IMG/VR virus record: IMGVR_UViG_3300022200_000019
Location: 124,001 to 188,000 of that record
Length of the DNA: 64,000 bases
Reading direction: 5' to 3' (one strand)
Position 1 is the first letter of the stretch. Each line of letters starts with the position of its first letter. Made by a program: the position numbers and the translations under genes. The notes beneath the pieces were generated by a model. It was not told the origin of the DNA, did not search any database, and worked only from the letters and a program-made list of their open reading frames with translations. Shown here piece by piece: positions 1 through 8,993 of this stretch.

Positions 1-272
1 AGTACATTATTGGTGGATGCCCACAGATTCCCAGCCATTGGGAAAAAGCCACCCATCCAACAGATCCCAACCAGAAAAAATGGGTCAAACCAGGAGTATT
101 AGATTTTCCTGTTAAACATGTGGTGGATGTGGATAAATTGCCTGTTCTAGTTTGGGATCTAGATCATTTAGATGCAAAAACCATATCAAAATTAGAAGAT
201 CTGATCAATGTCACCATCTGGCCGTACGCAAATTCAGGCACTTATCGCCGTAGAAAGCAACAAAATCAGTAA
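1..272 (+). CDS. Partial hypothetical protein (5' end outside window)
   Basis: Open frame from base 3 (YIIGGCPQIPSHW...RRRKQQNQ) to TAA at 270-272; not in the ORF track. Confidence 0.6.
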   Translation, partial: YIIGGCPQIPSHWEKATHPTDPNQKKWVKPGVLDFPVKHVVDVDKLPVLVWDLDHLDAKTISKLEDLINVTIWPYANSGTYRRRKQQNQ

Positions 273-338
273 CTTAGGCGCATAAATTTTACTAATAGGG
301 CCATAAAAACTTTCATCAAAAAATATGATTTTTTTGGG

Positions 339-366
339 TTGACGTATCCTGATGAATTGCTATCAT
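339..366 (+). promoter_or_regulatory. Sigma70-type early promoter
   Basis: TTGACG (339-344), 16 bp, TATCAT (361-366); SD AAGGAG precedes ATG 405. Confidence 0.65.
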
Positions 367-404
367 ACGCTTACTGTAAACAACAGCAACAAGGAGCACA
401 TAGC

Positions 405-551
405 ATGGACTACTACAACTTTGATGACGAAAACCAAATCGTAGACACCCTGGACTACGTAGATGTCGACAACTACTTCACCGATGACTACAATGCTGAT
501 GAAGCAGAGTGGTCAGACGATGACTTTGATGTTCTTTCTTTTGACGCTTAA
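405..551 (+). CDS. Very acidic 48-aa early protein
   Basis: Track ORF 339..551 re-started at ATG 405 (SD AAGGAG); 18 D/E, no K/R. Confidence 0.7.
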   Translation: MDYYNFDDENQIVDTLDYVDVDNYFTDDYNADEAEWSDDDFDVLSFDA

Positions 552-565
552 TCAGGAGTTCAAAA

Positions 566-1018
566 ATGGGTACTCGCAGCATGATTGCACAGATCACAGC
601 AGACGCTAACAATAACGTAGTAATCAAAAGTGTATACTGCCACTGGGATGGCTACCTGGAACACAACGGACGCATTCTTAACGAGTTTTACCAGGATCGC
701 AGCCGTGTAGCAGAACTACTTGAGCAGGGCGATATGAGCTCATTGGGTGCGCAGATTGGTGAAAAGCATGATTTTGATGAGCGTGTAGATGCTCAAGAAT
801 GGAAGGACACTCGCTGTACTTTTTATAAGCGTGATCGCGGCGAAGACAACGTTGATGCCCGCAAGTTCACTACTACTGATGAACTGCTTGAATACTTTGA
901 AGAATCCTGGTGCGAGTACTTGTATCTTCAGGATTTTGACGGTGTGTGGCACGTAATTGATCGCTATCACAACAACGACTTGGTAGAACTTGCAGAGGCG
1001 TTTAACCAGGCTGCGTAA
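566..1018 (+). CDS. Conserved phage hypothetical protein (MGTRS...YCHWDGY type)
   Basis: SD AGGAG; MGTRSMI...SVYCHWDGYLEHNG motif recalled from many phage proteins. Confidence 0.75.
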   Translation: MGTRSMIAQITADANNNVVIKSVYCHWDGYLEHNGRILNEFYQDRSRVAELLEQGDMSSLGAQIGEKHDFDERVDAQEWKDTRCTFYKRDRGEDNVDARKFTTTDELLEYFEESWCEYLYLQDFDGVWHVIDRYHNNDLVELAEAFNQAA

Positions 1019-1070
1019 GTCATTGATTTGGGGCTTATAGACCCATAAAAAACTTTTGTGCAAACAGTGG

Positions 1071-1099
1071 TTGACTGTTTTGGCGAAATTGAGTACACT
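1071..1099 (+). promoter_or_regulatory. Sigma70-type early promoter
   Basis: TTGACT-17 bp-TACACT. Confidence 0.8.
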
Positions 1100-1130
1100 A
1101 TGCACATAGTTTAACAACAAGGAGTGAACA

Positions 1131-1412
1131 ATGTACACAGTAGAAGTATACAAAGTAGACGGTCGTATCAAGAAGACCAAGGCTAACCCTAACGGTGAGC
1201 GTTTGGTTCGCAAAGTCGACCACAGCACCGCAGACCGTACGGCAGTTGAAGCTGTTTATGATTCTAAATTTCCTACTGCTAAAGGTTATCGTTATGAAAT
1301 CCACGAAACTTATGTAACTCGTAAAAACATGATGAATGGCAAGGAATTTCAAGAGCGTTACGATACACCGCACTATTGTTCACCTAGTTCAGAAGCATAC
1401 TGGAGCATGTAA
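1131..1412 (+). CDS. Hypothetical early protein
   Basis: SD AAGGAG, 93 aa, directly after promoter. Confidence 0.8.
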   Translation: MYTVEVYKVDGRIKKTKANPNGERLVRKVDHSTADRTAVEAVYDSKFPTAKGYRYEIHETYVTRKNMMNGKEFQERYDTPHYCSPSSEAYWSM

Positions 1413-1413
1413 G

Positions 1414-1584
1414 ATGATTATTCAAGAATACGAAATGGGCGAAACTGTAGAATACATGGGTCGCATCTGGGAAGTTGCTCAGTACGTAGAAGAGCAGCAT
1501 TTGGTAGAACTTGTAGACTGGGATAGCCAAACAACTGAGTGGGCACCAGCAGAACAAATTGCAGCATGTGATTTTGGATACTAA
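1414..1584 (+). CDS. Hypothetical early protein
   Basis: ATG 1414 just after upstream stop; in frame with track ORF 1336..1584. Confidence 0.65.
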   Translation: MIIQEYEMGETVEYMGRIWEVAQYVEEQHLVELVDWDSQTTEWAPAEQIAACDFGY

Positions 1585-1594
1585 GGAGTTAACT

Positions 1595-1831
1595 ATGGAA
1601 ACTTACACTGAAACTTACAAGGGCCGGGAGTATACTGTATATCATGGCTCACCTTTTGATCGCGGTGCTGCTGATTCATATTATGGACGTGGGCGTGATC
1701 CGCACTATTATCCAAACGGTTCATACAACGGCGAACCAGTAGTAGTACTCACAGCAGAAGAGCTTGACGCATACAATGCTGGTTTTGATCATAACGAACT
1801 TGTACTTCGTGACTTTAAGGATTGGGGTTAA
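1595..1831 (+). CDS. Conserved phage hypothetical protein (HGSPFDRGxADSYY type)
   Basis: SD AAGGAG, ATG 1595; motif recalled from phage early proteins. Confidence 0.75.
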   Translation: METYTETYKGREYTVYHGSPFDRGAADSYYGRGRDPHYYPNGSYNGEPVVVLTAEELDAYNAGFDHNELVLRDFKDWG

Positions 1832-1832
1832 C

Positions 1833-2066
1833 ATGAACGTGACCTTGCATTGTACAGACAAGGACCAAAATGTTGAGGCGGAAATACTAAATCGACGTGA
1901 TGGGGAATTCCTAGAAGTAGTAATTAATCGATCTATTAAGGTTAAACTACAATACAACAAGTCTAACCGAGTTTATGTTGGTTCTGCCGCTGGACTAGAA
2001 TTCACAGTTAAAGATGATGGTGTTCCAGAACAACACACCGTAAAAGAATTTAAACGTCGGAGATAA
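1833..2066 (+). CDS. Hypothetical protein
   Basis: ATG 1833 abutting previous stop; in frame with track ORF 1764..2066. Confidence 0.65.
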   Translation: MNVTLHCTDKDQNVEAEILNRRDGEFLEVVINRSIKVKLQYNKSNRVYVGSAAGLEFTVKDDGVPEQHTVKEFKRRR

Positions 2067-2068
2067 TT

Positions 2069-2188
2069 ATGAATCGTTTTCGTGCAGTTCTCAATCACCC
2101 AGGTTACAAGTGGTGGATGAAGTTGACAGATATCCTGCTCGCTGTTATACTAGCAGCATTGGTACTAACTTATTTTGTAGGAATTTAA
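2069..2188 (+). CDS. 39-aa membrane peptide
   Basis: MNRFRAVLNHPGYKWWMKLTDILLAVILAALVLTYFVGI; SD GGAG; fills the gap exactly; not in track. Confidence 0.55.
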   Translation: MNRFRAVLNHPGYKWWMKLTDILLAVILAALVLTYFVGI

Positions 2189-2189
2189 A

Positions 2190-2861
2190 ATGGCTACTGA
2201 AGCAGAAAAAGAAGCACTAGTAGAAACTCTCAAGTTTACCCCACGCACCTATGTTATCCAACTATGGGGCTATGGTGGTGAAGTAGTTATGGGTCGTGTT
2301 AAGCGCGAAGTATATGACTACTTTAAAGAGAATCAAGTTGACGTTGGCGAATACGCATATGACTGGGACAACGAACTAGAAGTCCCCGAAGACGTACAAC
2401 CGTTTACACCGGGCGAATGGCATAACTGCGATGACATTGTTCATGAATCGGGCATAGAAATGTCGGGCGTTTGTCATGTTACGGTATACGACGAAAACGG
2501 CAATGAAGTTTGGACGCACGGCCTGGATACCGCTGATCTAGACGAAGATGAAATTACAGTAATCGAATCTGAAGAATATTTTGCGCATTTTGAAGCACCG
2601 GGTACTGTGGTCTTTTACGGACAGAGTTTTGAAAAGGGTACCTTTATGGGCGGGCCAATTGAGCTCACTGCACCGTTTGATCCTACAAAGCTAAAATTCT
2701 ACTATAATGACATCGAAGGCTGGCCGTTGTGCAGCAACGTGGAATACGACGATCAGGACATCGAAGGACTGTTCGATGAGTATGATACCACTGGCAAGAG
2801 TTCAGACTTTTATATGTGGTTGGTTAACGAAGACGGAAGTCTAACCGGAGCAGATGAATGA
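2190..2861 (+). CDS. Acidic hypothetical protein
   Basis: 223-aa ORF in operon context. Confidence 0.8.
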   Translation: MATEAEKEALVETLKFTPRTYVIQLWGYGGEVVMGRVKREVYDYFKENQVDVGEYAYDWDNELEVPEDVQPFTPGEWHNCDDIVHESGIEMSGVCHVTVYDENGNEVWTHGLDTADLDEDEITVIESEEYFAHFEAPGTVVFYGQSFEKGTFMGGPIELTAPFDPTKLKFYYNDIEGWPLCSNVEYDDQDIEGLFDEYDTTGKSSDFYMWLVNEDGSLTGADE

Positions 2862-3037
2862 AAGACCTAATTGGACCAATTGTAATTCTTGTAGTTGCTG
2901 TATCGGTAATTGCGGGCGGATTCGTAGTACATCGTTGGTGGAATTATAACATGCCGTTTGGCTACGAAGATCAAGTTCGCGATACTGTATGTGAGATGCT
3001 CAAGCCAGAAGCACTACGCGAAGGAGCATGCAAATGA
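2858..3037 (+). CDS. 59-aa membrane-anchored protein
   Basis: MKDLIGPIVILVVAVSVIAGGFVVHRWW...; ATGA overlaps at both ends; not in track. Confidence 0.6.
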   Translation: MKDLIGPIVILVVAVSVIAGGFVVHRWWNYNMPFGYEDQVRDTVCEMLKPEALREGACK

Positions 3038-3273
3038 TTGATCGTGATCTACTAGTTACACTATGTGAAGGCAACGACTCAACCGTAGAGCTTTGTGCAG
3101 AACTGCTTGAAGTATTTCCAGATGCAGATTGGCCAGAACTTGCAGAGCATTTTGCTGATCGACTGCGTGCGTTCTATGACCCGGACAACGGTCAAACCGA
3201 AGAAGAGCACTACGAAAATAACCTTGCCTGGGGCGAAGATATCTTTGAAGAATATTTTGAGGAGTTTAAGTAA
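3034..3273 (+). CDS. Acidic hypothetical early protein
   Basis: ATGA overlap with upstream gene; in frame with track ORF 3028. Confidence 0.7.
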   Translation: MIDRDLLVTLCEGNDSTVELCAELLEVFPDADWPELAEHFADRLRAFYDPDNGQTEEEHYENNLAWGEDIFEEYFEEFK

Positions 3274-3509
3274 TGGCATTTGAATGGCCCAGAATCCACA
3301 AGTGGGAAGAAAACATTATTCGCGATATTGAAGAATCGGTTCAGGAATATGTTTTTGAGTACTATGGTGTAGACGAAATTACAGAACTAACCGAAGACCA
3401 GATTGCAGAAATTCAAGAGTTCTTTGAAGGCGAACACGAAGGCAGTATTATGAGCGCAGGGTTTTATACACTTCTTAACTGGTGGGAAAACGAGCAGTGG
3501 GAACCATGA
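3273..3509 (+). CDS. Acidic hypothetical early protein
   Basis: TAATG overlap; E-rich 78 aa. Confidence 0.7.
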   Translation: MAFEWPRIHKWEENIIRDIEESVQEYVFEYYGVDEITELTEDQIAEIQEFFEGEHEGSIMSAGFYTLLNWWENEQWEP

Positions 3510-3691
3510 CAATCTTCACAAGTAAAGGCAGTCAACTTACCGTAAAGACAGACCCAGTCGTACGTTTGGATAACGGTATTGAGATTTGGTTTGGCAAGAA
3601 GGGCGAGACCGTAGAGATCCCCGCCGTAGTTTGGGCTTATGCTGTTGCGCCGGCGATAGAACGCTTACAGAAACTAAAGAAGACACAATGA
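3506..3691 (+). CDS. Hypothetical protein
   Basis: ATGA overlap; in frame with track ORF 3482. Confidence 0.6.
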   Translation: MTIFTSKGSQLTVKTDPVVRLDNGIEIWFGKKGETVEIPAVVWAYAVAPAIERLQKLKKTQ

Positions 3692-3743
3692 ACGAAGATG
3701 AATACGATAATCAATAACTTATACGCCCATAAAAAACTTTTAT

Positions 3744-3772
3744 TTGACCTTTTTGGCTGATTTGAGTATAAT
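3744..3772 (+). promoter_or_regulatory. Sigma70-type early promoter
   Basis: TTGACC-17 bp-TATAAT. Confidence 0.85.
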
Positions 3773-3805
3773 ATACACATATTAAACAGCAACAAGGAGC
3801 GTGAG

Positions 3806-4021
3806 ATGATTAAGGAAATGCTTATTCACAACATTGCGTTTGAAGACGATTCTTGCGGCGAATACTGGGTAGATGCTGAAACTTTAGAATATATGTTTCC
3901 ATCTGAATACAACAAAACAATGAGCGAGAATGAGTATTTTACCCTCGCACTCAAGTATCTTGAGTTGTATGTTGGTGATGTGGAAAATGTTGACTACGCC
4001 AAGATTGATTATTGGAGATAA
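3806..4021 (+). CDS. Hypothetical early protein
   Basis: SD AAGGAG after promoter. Confidence 0.75.
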   Translation: MIKEMLIHNIAFEDDSCGEYWVDAETLEYMFPSEYNKTMSENEYFTLALKYLELYVGDVENVDYAKIDYWR

Positions 4022-4025
4022 AAGA

Positions 4026-4385
4026 ATGTTTTTTGATAGACAGAAGATAGTGTTCCGCCAGGATCCTGTTGATATTGGCACCATACTCAACGGTGCTACT
4101 CTCAAAGAGGTGATTGAGCAGTTGGAGGCACTAGACGAAGCCGCTTTGATTGCTACAGACAAGGAAGGCCGCACCTTGCTGGCTGAGAGCCGCTTCTCGG
4201 TAGAGTGGTACGGTTACGACGGTGGCTTTGAAGTATATCTCAACCACTATCGCTGGGAGACCGACGAGGAAATGGAACAGCGCATCGCCAAGGAGAGCCA
4301 AGCGACCATGAGCAAGGCATCCAAGAAAGAAGAGCGCGAGCGCAAGGAATATGAACGACTGCGGGCAAAGTTTGAGAATAGTTAA
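4026..4385 (+). CDS. Hypothetical protein with charged C-terminal helix
   Basis: ATG 4026 in frame with track ORF 3930; GC-richer than neighbours. Confidence 0.7.
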   Translation: MFFDRQKIVFRQDPVDIGTILNGATLKEVIEQLEALDEAALIATDKEGRTLLAESRFSVEWYGYDGGFEVYLNHYRWETDEEMEQRIAKESQATMSKASKKEERERKEYERLRAKFENS

Positions 4386-4395
4386 GGAGAGAGAC

Positions 4396-4644
4396 ATGAC
4401 TTTTAATACTTACGAAGACCGTGCTGCAAAGCGTAAGCAGGCTGAGCAGGTCATCCAAGACTTCCAAGAAGCGAGCCATCAGATCTTTGGTAGCCACTCA
4501 TATGCTGCTGGCTACTTGGGCTCAGCACTAATCATTCTAATGCTAGATCATTGTAGCGAAGACGAGATTGCTCGCGACCTGCGTCACATGATGGAATCCA
4601 CTATCCGATTCCAAAAAGAAGCACTGCTTAAAAAGTCAGCATAA
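4396..4644 (+). CDS. Hypothetical protein
   Basis: SD AAGGAG, ATG 4396. Confidence 0.75.
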   Translation: MTFNTYEDRAAKRKQAEQVIQDFQEASHQIFGSHSYAAGYLGSALIILMLDHCSEDEIARDLRHMMESTIRFQKEALLKKSA

Positions 4645-4691
4645 TGAAGGATGTATTCATCCGTTTGAAGAATCGTTAAGGAGAAAACAGA

Positions 4692-5054
4692 ATGAGCATT
4701 GTAGCAACTTGCGGACACACACTAGACAAAATTGAAGGGCTTGGTGTCACCTGCGCTCGCAAGGGTGTAAATCGCCAGGGCGAGAACGTTGTAGAGCATG
4801 TTACACTATGCTTCTCCTGCTATCGAAGCGCAGTAATGCGTGATGAAATTTTGCTGTCTGAAGAAGCAGAAGACGCCTGGCTCGATGGTGAATACTCGGA
4901 CGGACGCGAAGACTTGACACTGGACTTGCCCGATAGTACAATATACACATTGATGAAACAAGCACACGAAGAAGATATTACGTTTAATCAACACATCGAA
5001 AACATTCTTCGCAGTGAAATTGATCGTGTACTTGAGGAACAAGATGGACACTGA
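4692..5054 (+). CDS. Hypothetical protein, possible Zn-binding (CGH...CxxC) and ribbon-helix-helix-like C-terminus
   Basis: SD AAGGAG; TCGH, C, LCFSC; C-terminal ...AHEEDITFNQHIENIL. Confidence 0.6.
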   Translation: MSIVATCGHTLDKIEGLGVTCARKGVNRQGENVVEHVTLCFSCYRSAVMRDEILLSEEAEDAWLDGEYSDGREDLTLDLPDSTIYTLMKQAHEEDITFNQHIENILRSEIDRVLEEQDGH

Positions 5055-5229
5055 TGATTGGACAGTATTTGCTTTTCTCGCCAGCATTGTGCTGTTTATG
5101 GGCGTTATTGGTTGGACTGAGTACAAGTACAAGAAAGAGCACAATTGGTGCGAGCAGCAAGGCGGTTATCAAGTTAAAACTGATCGAGGCTGGCATTGTT
5201 TTGAAATGAAAGAAATCGTTAAGGACTAA
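5044..5229 (+). CDS. Small membrane protein
   Basis: One hydrophobic helix followed by C...GG...C motif. Confidence 0.6.
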   Translation: MDTDDWTVFAFLASIVLFMGVIGWTEYKYKKEHNWCEQQGGYQVKTDRGWHCFEMKEIVKD

Positions 5230-5233
5230 AAGG

Positions 5234-5692
5234 ATGCGTAAAGTATACTACACCAAGCAGGGCAACGAGTATGTTCCTGTAGAAGAATATGATCCAGACA
5301 TTATGGACGCACTTCCATACGGCACACATCTTACAGTTGTGAGACATGGTGGGCAAAGCAGACGCTACAATGTAGACCCTGCTGTTGCTCCGTTTGCGGC
5401 TGCGACACTAGCACTGGAAAACAAGTTGGCTGATATTATTCAGCAGGCTACGTATGCACAGCCTCATAAAAAACCTATTACAGAAGAACAGCGTGAGGCT
5501 TGGGAACGTTTTAGAGAAGTAATGGGCGATGAACTGGGTATGCTGAACCACCCAAGCATTATGGATGTGGCACGTAGGATTCTTGAAACTATTCAAGCAG
5601 AAGCAGAAAAGCAGTTAACTAATCCGGCAGTTTGTCAAGCATATGATGATTATGTGCTGTTAGCAACACTATCAAAGGAGTCAGCTGAATGA
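5234..5692 (+). CDS. Hypothetical protein
   Basis: 152-aa ORF, operonic. Confidence 0.75.
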   Translation: MRKVYYTKQGNEYVPVEEYDPDIMDALPYGTHLTVVRHGGQSRRYNVDPAVAPFAAATLALENKLADIIQQATYAQPHKKPITEEQREAWERFREVMGDELGMLNHPSIMDVARRILETIQAEAEKQLTNPAVCQAYDDYVLLATLSKESAE

Positions 5693-5826
5693 GTTGGCCA
5701 GTAGCATTTTCTTGGGTTGGTGGTATTTGGGGTGCGGCTGCTATGGTATGGGCATTCTGTTGGATGGCTGTGAGAATTTCACAAGCAAACAATCGCTTAC
5801 TTGAAACAATGGAAAAAACAAAATGA
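5689..5826 (+). CDS. 45-aa membrane peptide
   Basis: MSWPVAFSWVGGIWGAAAMVWAFCW...; ATGA overlaps at both ends, SD AAGGAG; not in track. Confidence 0.6.
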   Translation: MSWPVAFSWVGGIWGAAAMVWAFCWMAVRISQANNRLLETMEKTK

Positions 5827-6107
5827 AGTGGCTGCAAAATTGGTTTGATCGGCGTGTAGAAAACTCATGGAATCGTGCTGCTGAACGTAAAAAGGAAAGC
5901 ATCTCTCTTAGAGAAGTACGTGGCGATGATCGCAACGGTTTACAGATTCAAGTAACCAACGCAGTTGGTGGGCGTGTTGTACAGATTGGTATGTTTAATA
6001 AACAACAGCACGAGTACAATTACACTACATACATTATAACAGACGAACAAGATTTCAATCACGAACTTGCTAAGGCAATCACCGCAGAATCACTAAAGGC
6101 TGTATAA
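5823..6107 (+). CDS. Hypothetical protein
   Basis: 94 aa, coupled overlaps. Confidence 0.7.
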   Translation: MKWLQNWFDRRVENSWNRAAERKKESISLREVRGDDRNGLQIQVTNAVGGRVVQIGMFNKQQHEYNYTTYIITDEQDFNHELAKAITAESLKAV

Positions 6108-6292
6108 TGGATATTGATAAAATTGACACCGTAGAAGATGTGCCAGGAATCACCCGTGTAGAAGTTATTGACGAAACTGGACGTGCGTATGTAAACACAC
6201 GAGTCAATGGCACAGTACAGTACAGTCTACAAGACGGTGGACGCACTCTTAAAATCTTTTTACAGAGCAAACAAAATGAACATTCAGCATAA
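6107..6292 (+). CDS. Hypothetical protein (TRVEVIDETGRAYV type)
   Basis: TAATG overlap; motif recalled from phage proteins. Confidence 0.65.
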   Translation: MDIDKIDTVEDVPGITRVEVIDETGRAYVNTRVNGTVQYSLQDGGRTLKIFLQSKQNEHSA

Positions 6293-6692
6293 TCCAATTT
6301 ATAATAGTGACCTTGTAATCAAACACTACTCTGAGCGGGATGGTGTTCCGATCAAGTATGTTTGCACCTCTGCTTTGGACAATGAAGAGTTTGCTATGGA
6401 CATCTTCTATCGTGACACTCCTCATCCTGAGTTTGGTAATCGGTACTTTGGTCTGTATATGAATCGTTTTACCGAGCAGGTTATGATCACCAACGCCGAT
6501 GCCATTGAAGGTAAAGAGTTTGCTATGGTCGAAGACCTGAATGGCGATCTGGTTTATTCTCAGCATCGTCATGACTTTAGAATGATGAAGAATGGTAATA
6601 TGATCGATGGTGGTCGTGCCTATGTTCGTGCGAATGGTATGATTCGTTCCTTTGAAGTAAAGGACGGTGAGTTTGTGGAGATTAAAGAATAA
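6276..6692 (+). CDS. Hypothetical protein
   Basis: ATG 6276 in frame with track ORF 6207; IDGGRAY motif. Confidence 0.7.
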   Translation: MNIQHNPIYNSDLVIKHYSERDGVPIKYVCTSALDNEEFAMDIFYRDTPHPEFGNRYFGLYMNRFTEQVMITNADAIEGKEFAMVEDLNGDLVYSQHRHDFRMMKNGNMIDGGRAYVRANGMIRSFEVKDGEFVEIKE

Positions 6693-6816
6693 TGGATTGG
6701 GCAGTATATACAAAAGCAGAAGTAGAAGACTTGCTTAACGCTGAACGCGAGCAATGCGCTCGTCTTTGTGAAGAAACAAATCCAGAACTAGCAAAAGAGA
6801 TTCGAGAACGTATGTC

Positions 6817-7002
6817 ATGATGACTTCAGTTGTATTTTGGGTTTTTACAGTAGTAGCACCTAATGGTGTTATTGCTGTTTATGAGGAATACCCTACAGCA
6901 AAAGAATGCGCTGCGCATTTAACGGAATATACACGCATGAGTCTGTCAGAGTTTCGTGCTGATTGTAGCCCTCGACACAGAACTACGTGGACAAAGAAAT
7001 GA
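6817..7002 (+). CDS. Small hypothetical protein
   Basis: 61 aa, hydrophobic N-terminus, two Cys. Confidence 0.55.
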   Translation: MMTSVVFWVFTVVAPNGVIAVYEEYPTAKECAAHLTEYTRMSLSEFRADCSPRHRTTWTKK

Positions 7003-7169
7003 AACTAATGATAGCATACATTGCGTACTACTTAGGACATTGGATTAGTTTTCCGATGTATTGGTTTGATTGGGGCTGGCTATATCCAGCATACAATCGA
7101 CTAATGATTTGGAGCGCAGAACTTGACGACGAAGGAGTGATTTGGAGTGCACCAGATCGTAAGAGTTGA
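6987..7169 (+). CDS. Small membrane protein
   Basis: 60 aa, Trp-rich hydrophobic segment. Confidence 0.5.
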   Translation: MDKEMKLMIAYIAYYLGHWISFPMYWFDWGWLYPAYNRLMIWSAELDDEGVIWSAPDRKS

Positions 7170-7767
7170 ACCGGCTATTCCAGCATTCAATATTACTTGG
7201 AAAATTACTTCCAAGTGTAATTATGACTGCATGTATTGTCGTATAGAGGATCATAATCCAACTGCACAACATAAGTCTTTAAAAGAATTACAAGATATAT
7301 GGATGTCAATAATTAGTAAAAGCGCACATTTGAACCTTCCGTATAAAGTTGGAATTAGCGGCGGTGAGCCAGTATCAAACAAGGATTTTCTTCCGTTTAT
7401 CCAGTGGTTAAAGAATAGGCCAGAAAAAATATTTTTGTATTTGACTACCAATGGTAGTGCTAGTTTAGCATATTACAAACGTGTCGCTGAGATTGTTGAC
7501 GGATTATCGTTTAGTTTACATTCTGAACATGTACACGAAAGTAAATTCTTTAATACTGCACGAGAATTAGATAAACTTATGATACGTCCAGAAAAAAGTT
7601 TTCATGTAAATATCATGGATGAGTTTTGGAATCAAGACAGAATACCTATATATGAAGACTACCTTAAAAAATATGATATATCGTATAGTGTGAATTCTAT
7701 TAATTATACTCATAAAACTCGAAACAAACCTATATTACAAGGAAACAATGACCTTAGAAAATCATAA
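7147..7767 (+). CDS. Radical SAM protein (core only)
   Basis: CNYDCMYC (CxxxCxxC), ISGGEP, LTTNGS, SFSLH. Confidence 0.9.
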   Translation: MHQIVRVEPAIPAFNITWKITSKCNYDCMYCRIEDHNPTAQHKSLKELQDIWMSIISKSAHLNLPYKVGISGGEPVSNKDFLPFIQWLKNRPEKIFLYLTTNGSASLAYYKRVAEIVDGLSFSLHSEHVHESKFFNTARELDKLMIRPEKSFHVNIMDEFWNQDRIPIYEDYLKKYDISYSVNSINYTHKTRNKPILQGNNDLRKS

Positions 7768-8089
7768 AAACTATAATTGTATTGTGTATACCGACAGTAA
7801 TCAGCATTATTATCTTTCGGCTAATTGGATTCACAATAATAAATTGGATAATTGGGAAGGATGGCAATGTTATGCTGGAGTTAATCGCATTTATATTGAT
7901 GATGATAATGTATACGGTGGAAATTGCTTTAACGATTATTTAGGATCATTATCTGAGGGTTGGGAATTATTTTATAACACAACTACCTGTAAGAGAAAAA
8001 CTTGCACAGGATGTACTGACGATTTAATGATAGAAAAATATGCACCTGTATCTACACAAAGCAGCGAAGAAACTGAACATTCATCCTAG
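7748..8089 (+). CDS. Stand-alone SPASM/Twitch-like Fe-S domain
   Basis: GWQCYAG...IYID...GGNC...LG...CKRKTCTGCTDD Cys pattern; overlaps the radical SAM gene. Confidence 0.65.
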   Translation: MTLENHKNYNCIVYTDSNQHYYLSANWIHNNKLDNWEGWQCYAGVNRIYIDDDNVYGGNCFNDYLGSLSEGWELFYNTTTCKRKTCTGCTDDLMIEKYAPVSTQSSEETEHSS

Positions 8090-8375
8090 GCTGCTCAAAG
8101 CAGATGTCAAGCAAGGACGGTTACATCTAAACGATGACGGCTGCGTTGATTGTGAAGAATTAAAAGAGTTGTATCCAGATCAGTGGCAACGTGCGTATGA
8201 GTCCAATTTGGATTATTATGAAGGCATGAAAGAAACTGCTAAACAGTTAACTATGCCGGACGCAACTGATCTCGAAGCAAAACGTCTTTATCGTGCTATT
8301 CGTAAACTAGAAGCGGAGAACTACAGTTTGCGCAAACGAGTAGCAGACCTAGAAGCGCAACTGTATCGGCATTGA
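8040..8375 (+). CDS. Putative HTH DNA-binding protein with C-terminal coiled coil
   Basis: LHKAAKKLNIHPRLLKADVKQGRL resembles an excisionase/MerR-type HTH; heptad C-terminus. Confidence 0.55.
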   Translation: MHLYLHKAAKKLNIHPRLLKADVKQGRLHLNDDGCVDCEELKELYPDQWQRAYESNLDYYEGMKETAKQLTMPDATDLEAKRLYRAIRKLEAENYSLRKRVADLEAQLYRH

Positions 8376-8617
8376 ACCCTTATATAGAATACTCAGACAA
8401 GTTTGATCGGTTTGCTGCTGAGAAATTTCCTCATCAGCTTGATGTTGCGCTTGAATTAGGTTTACTTGATGAGTGTATGGAATGGTGCCGCAATAATCTA
8501 GAATACGAGTACCGCATTAACCAAACTTCGTTTAGCCTTAAAGATTGTCAATATCATTTTTACTTTGAAGATTCACAAGACGCCGTAGCATTTACATTAA
8601 GATGGGGCAAGAAATAA
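8372..8617 (+). CDS. Hypothetical protein
   Basis: 81 aa; ends FEDSQDAVAFTLRW, a motif recalled from jumbo-phage proteins. Confidence 0.65.
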   Translation: MNPYIEYSDKFDRFAAEKFPHQLDVALELGLLDECMEWCRNNLEYEYRINQTSFSLKDCQYHFYFEDSQDAVAFTLRWGKK

Positions 8618-8624
8618 ATAAAGC

Positions 8625-8993
8625 ATGAGCTGTAACAATGGAAAGGCATGCTCCACCAAATGGTGTGGGTGGCTACAGAGCCTAGCACAAATCGCTGTAG
8701 CTGGAGTTATCGTTTACGCTGGATTCATCGTAAATCAACACATGGAATCGTGGACTCGTGCTTTTGATCAGGGCAGCAAAGATTTACACAATATCAGTCG
8801 AGCAATGACCGAAATTGAAACTGACATGCGTATTATTAAAGTACAAATGGACGGTATGAATATCAATACTGCTGGATTAAATCAAAACTTTGCGCACTTA
8901 AATCGTCAGATGGATGCGATGAATTATCAAGTTGGCAGCATTCGTAATCGTTTCTCTCCAATGGGCATGATGCGTGGAATGATGCCATGGTAG
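8625..8993 (+). CDS. Single-TM coiled-coil protein
   Basis: TM helix then Met-rich heptads ending MGMMRGMMPW; TAAATA 4 nt upstream. Confidence 0.75.
   Translation: MSCNNGKACSTKWCGWLQSLAQIAVAGVIVYAGFIVNQHMESWTRAFDQGSKDLHNISRAMTEIETDMRIIKVQMDGMNINTAGLNQNFAHLNRQMDAMNYQVGSIRNRFSPMGMMRGMMPW

Noticed and set aside
339-404. N-terminal extension of ORF 339..551
   Set aside because: The TTG is the -35 box of a promoter; ATG 405 has a proper SD.
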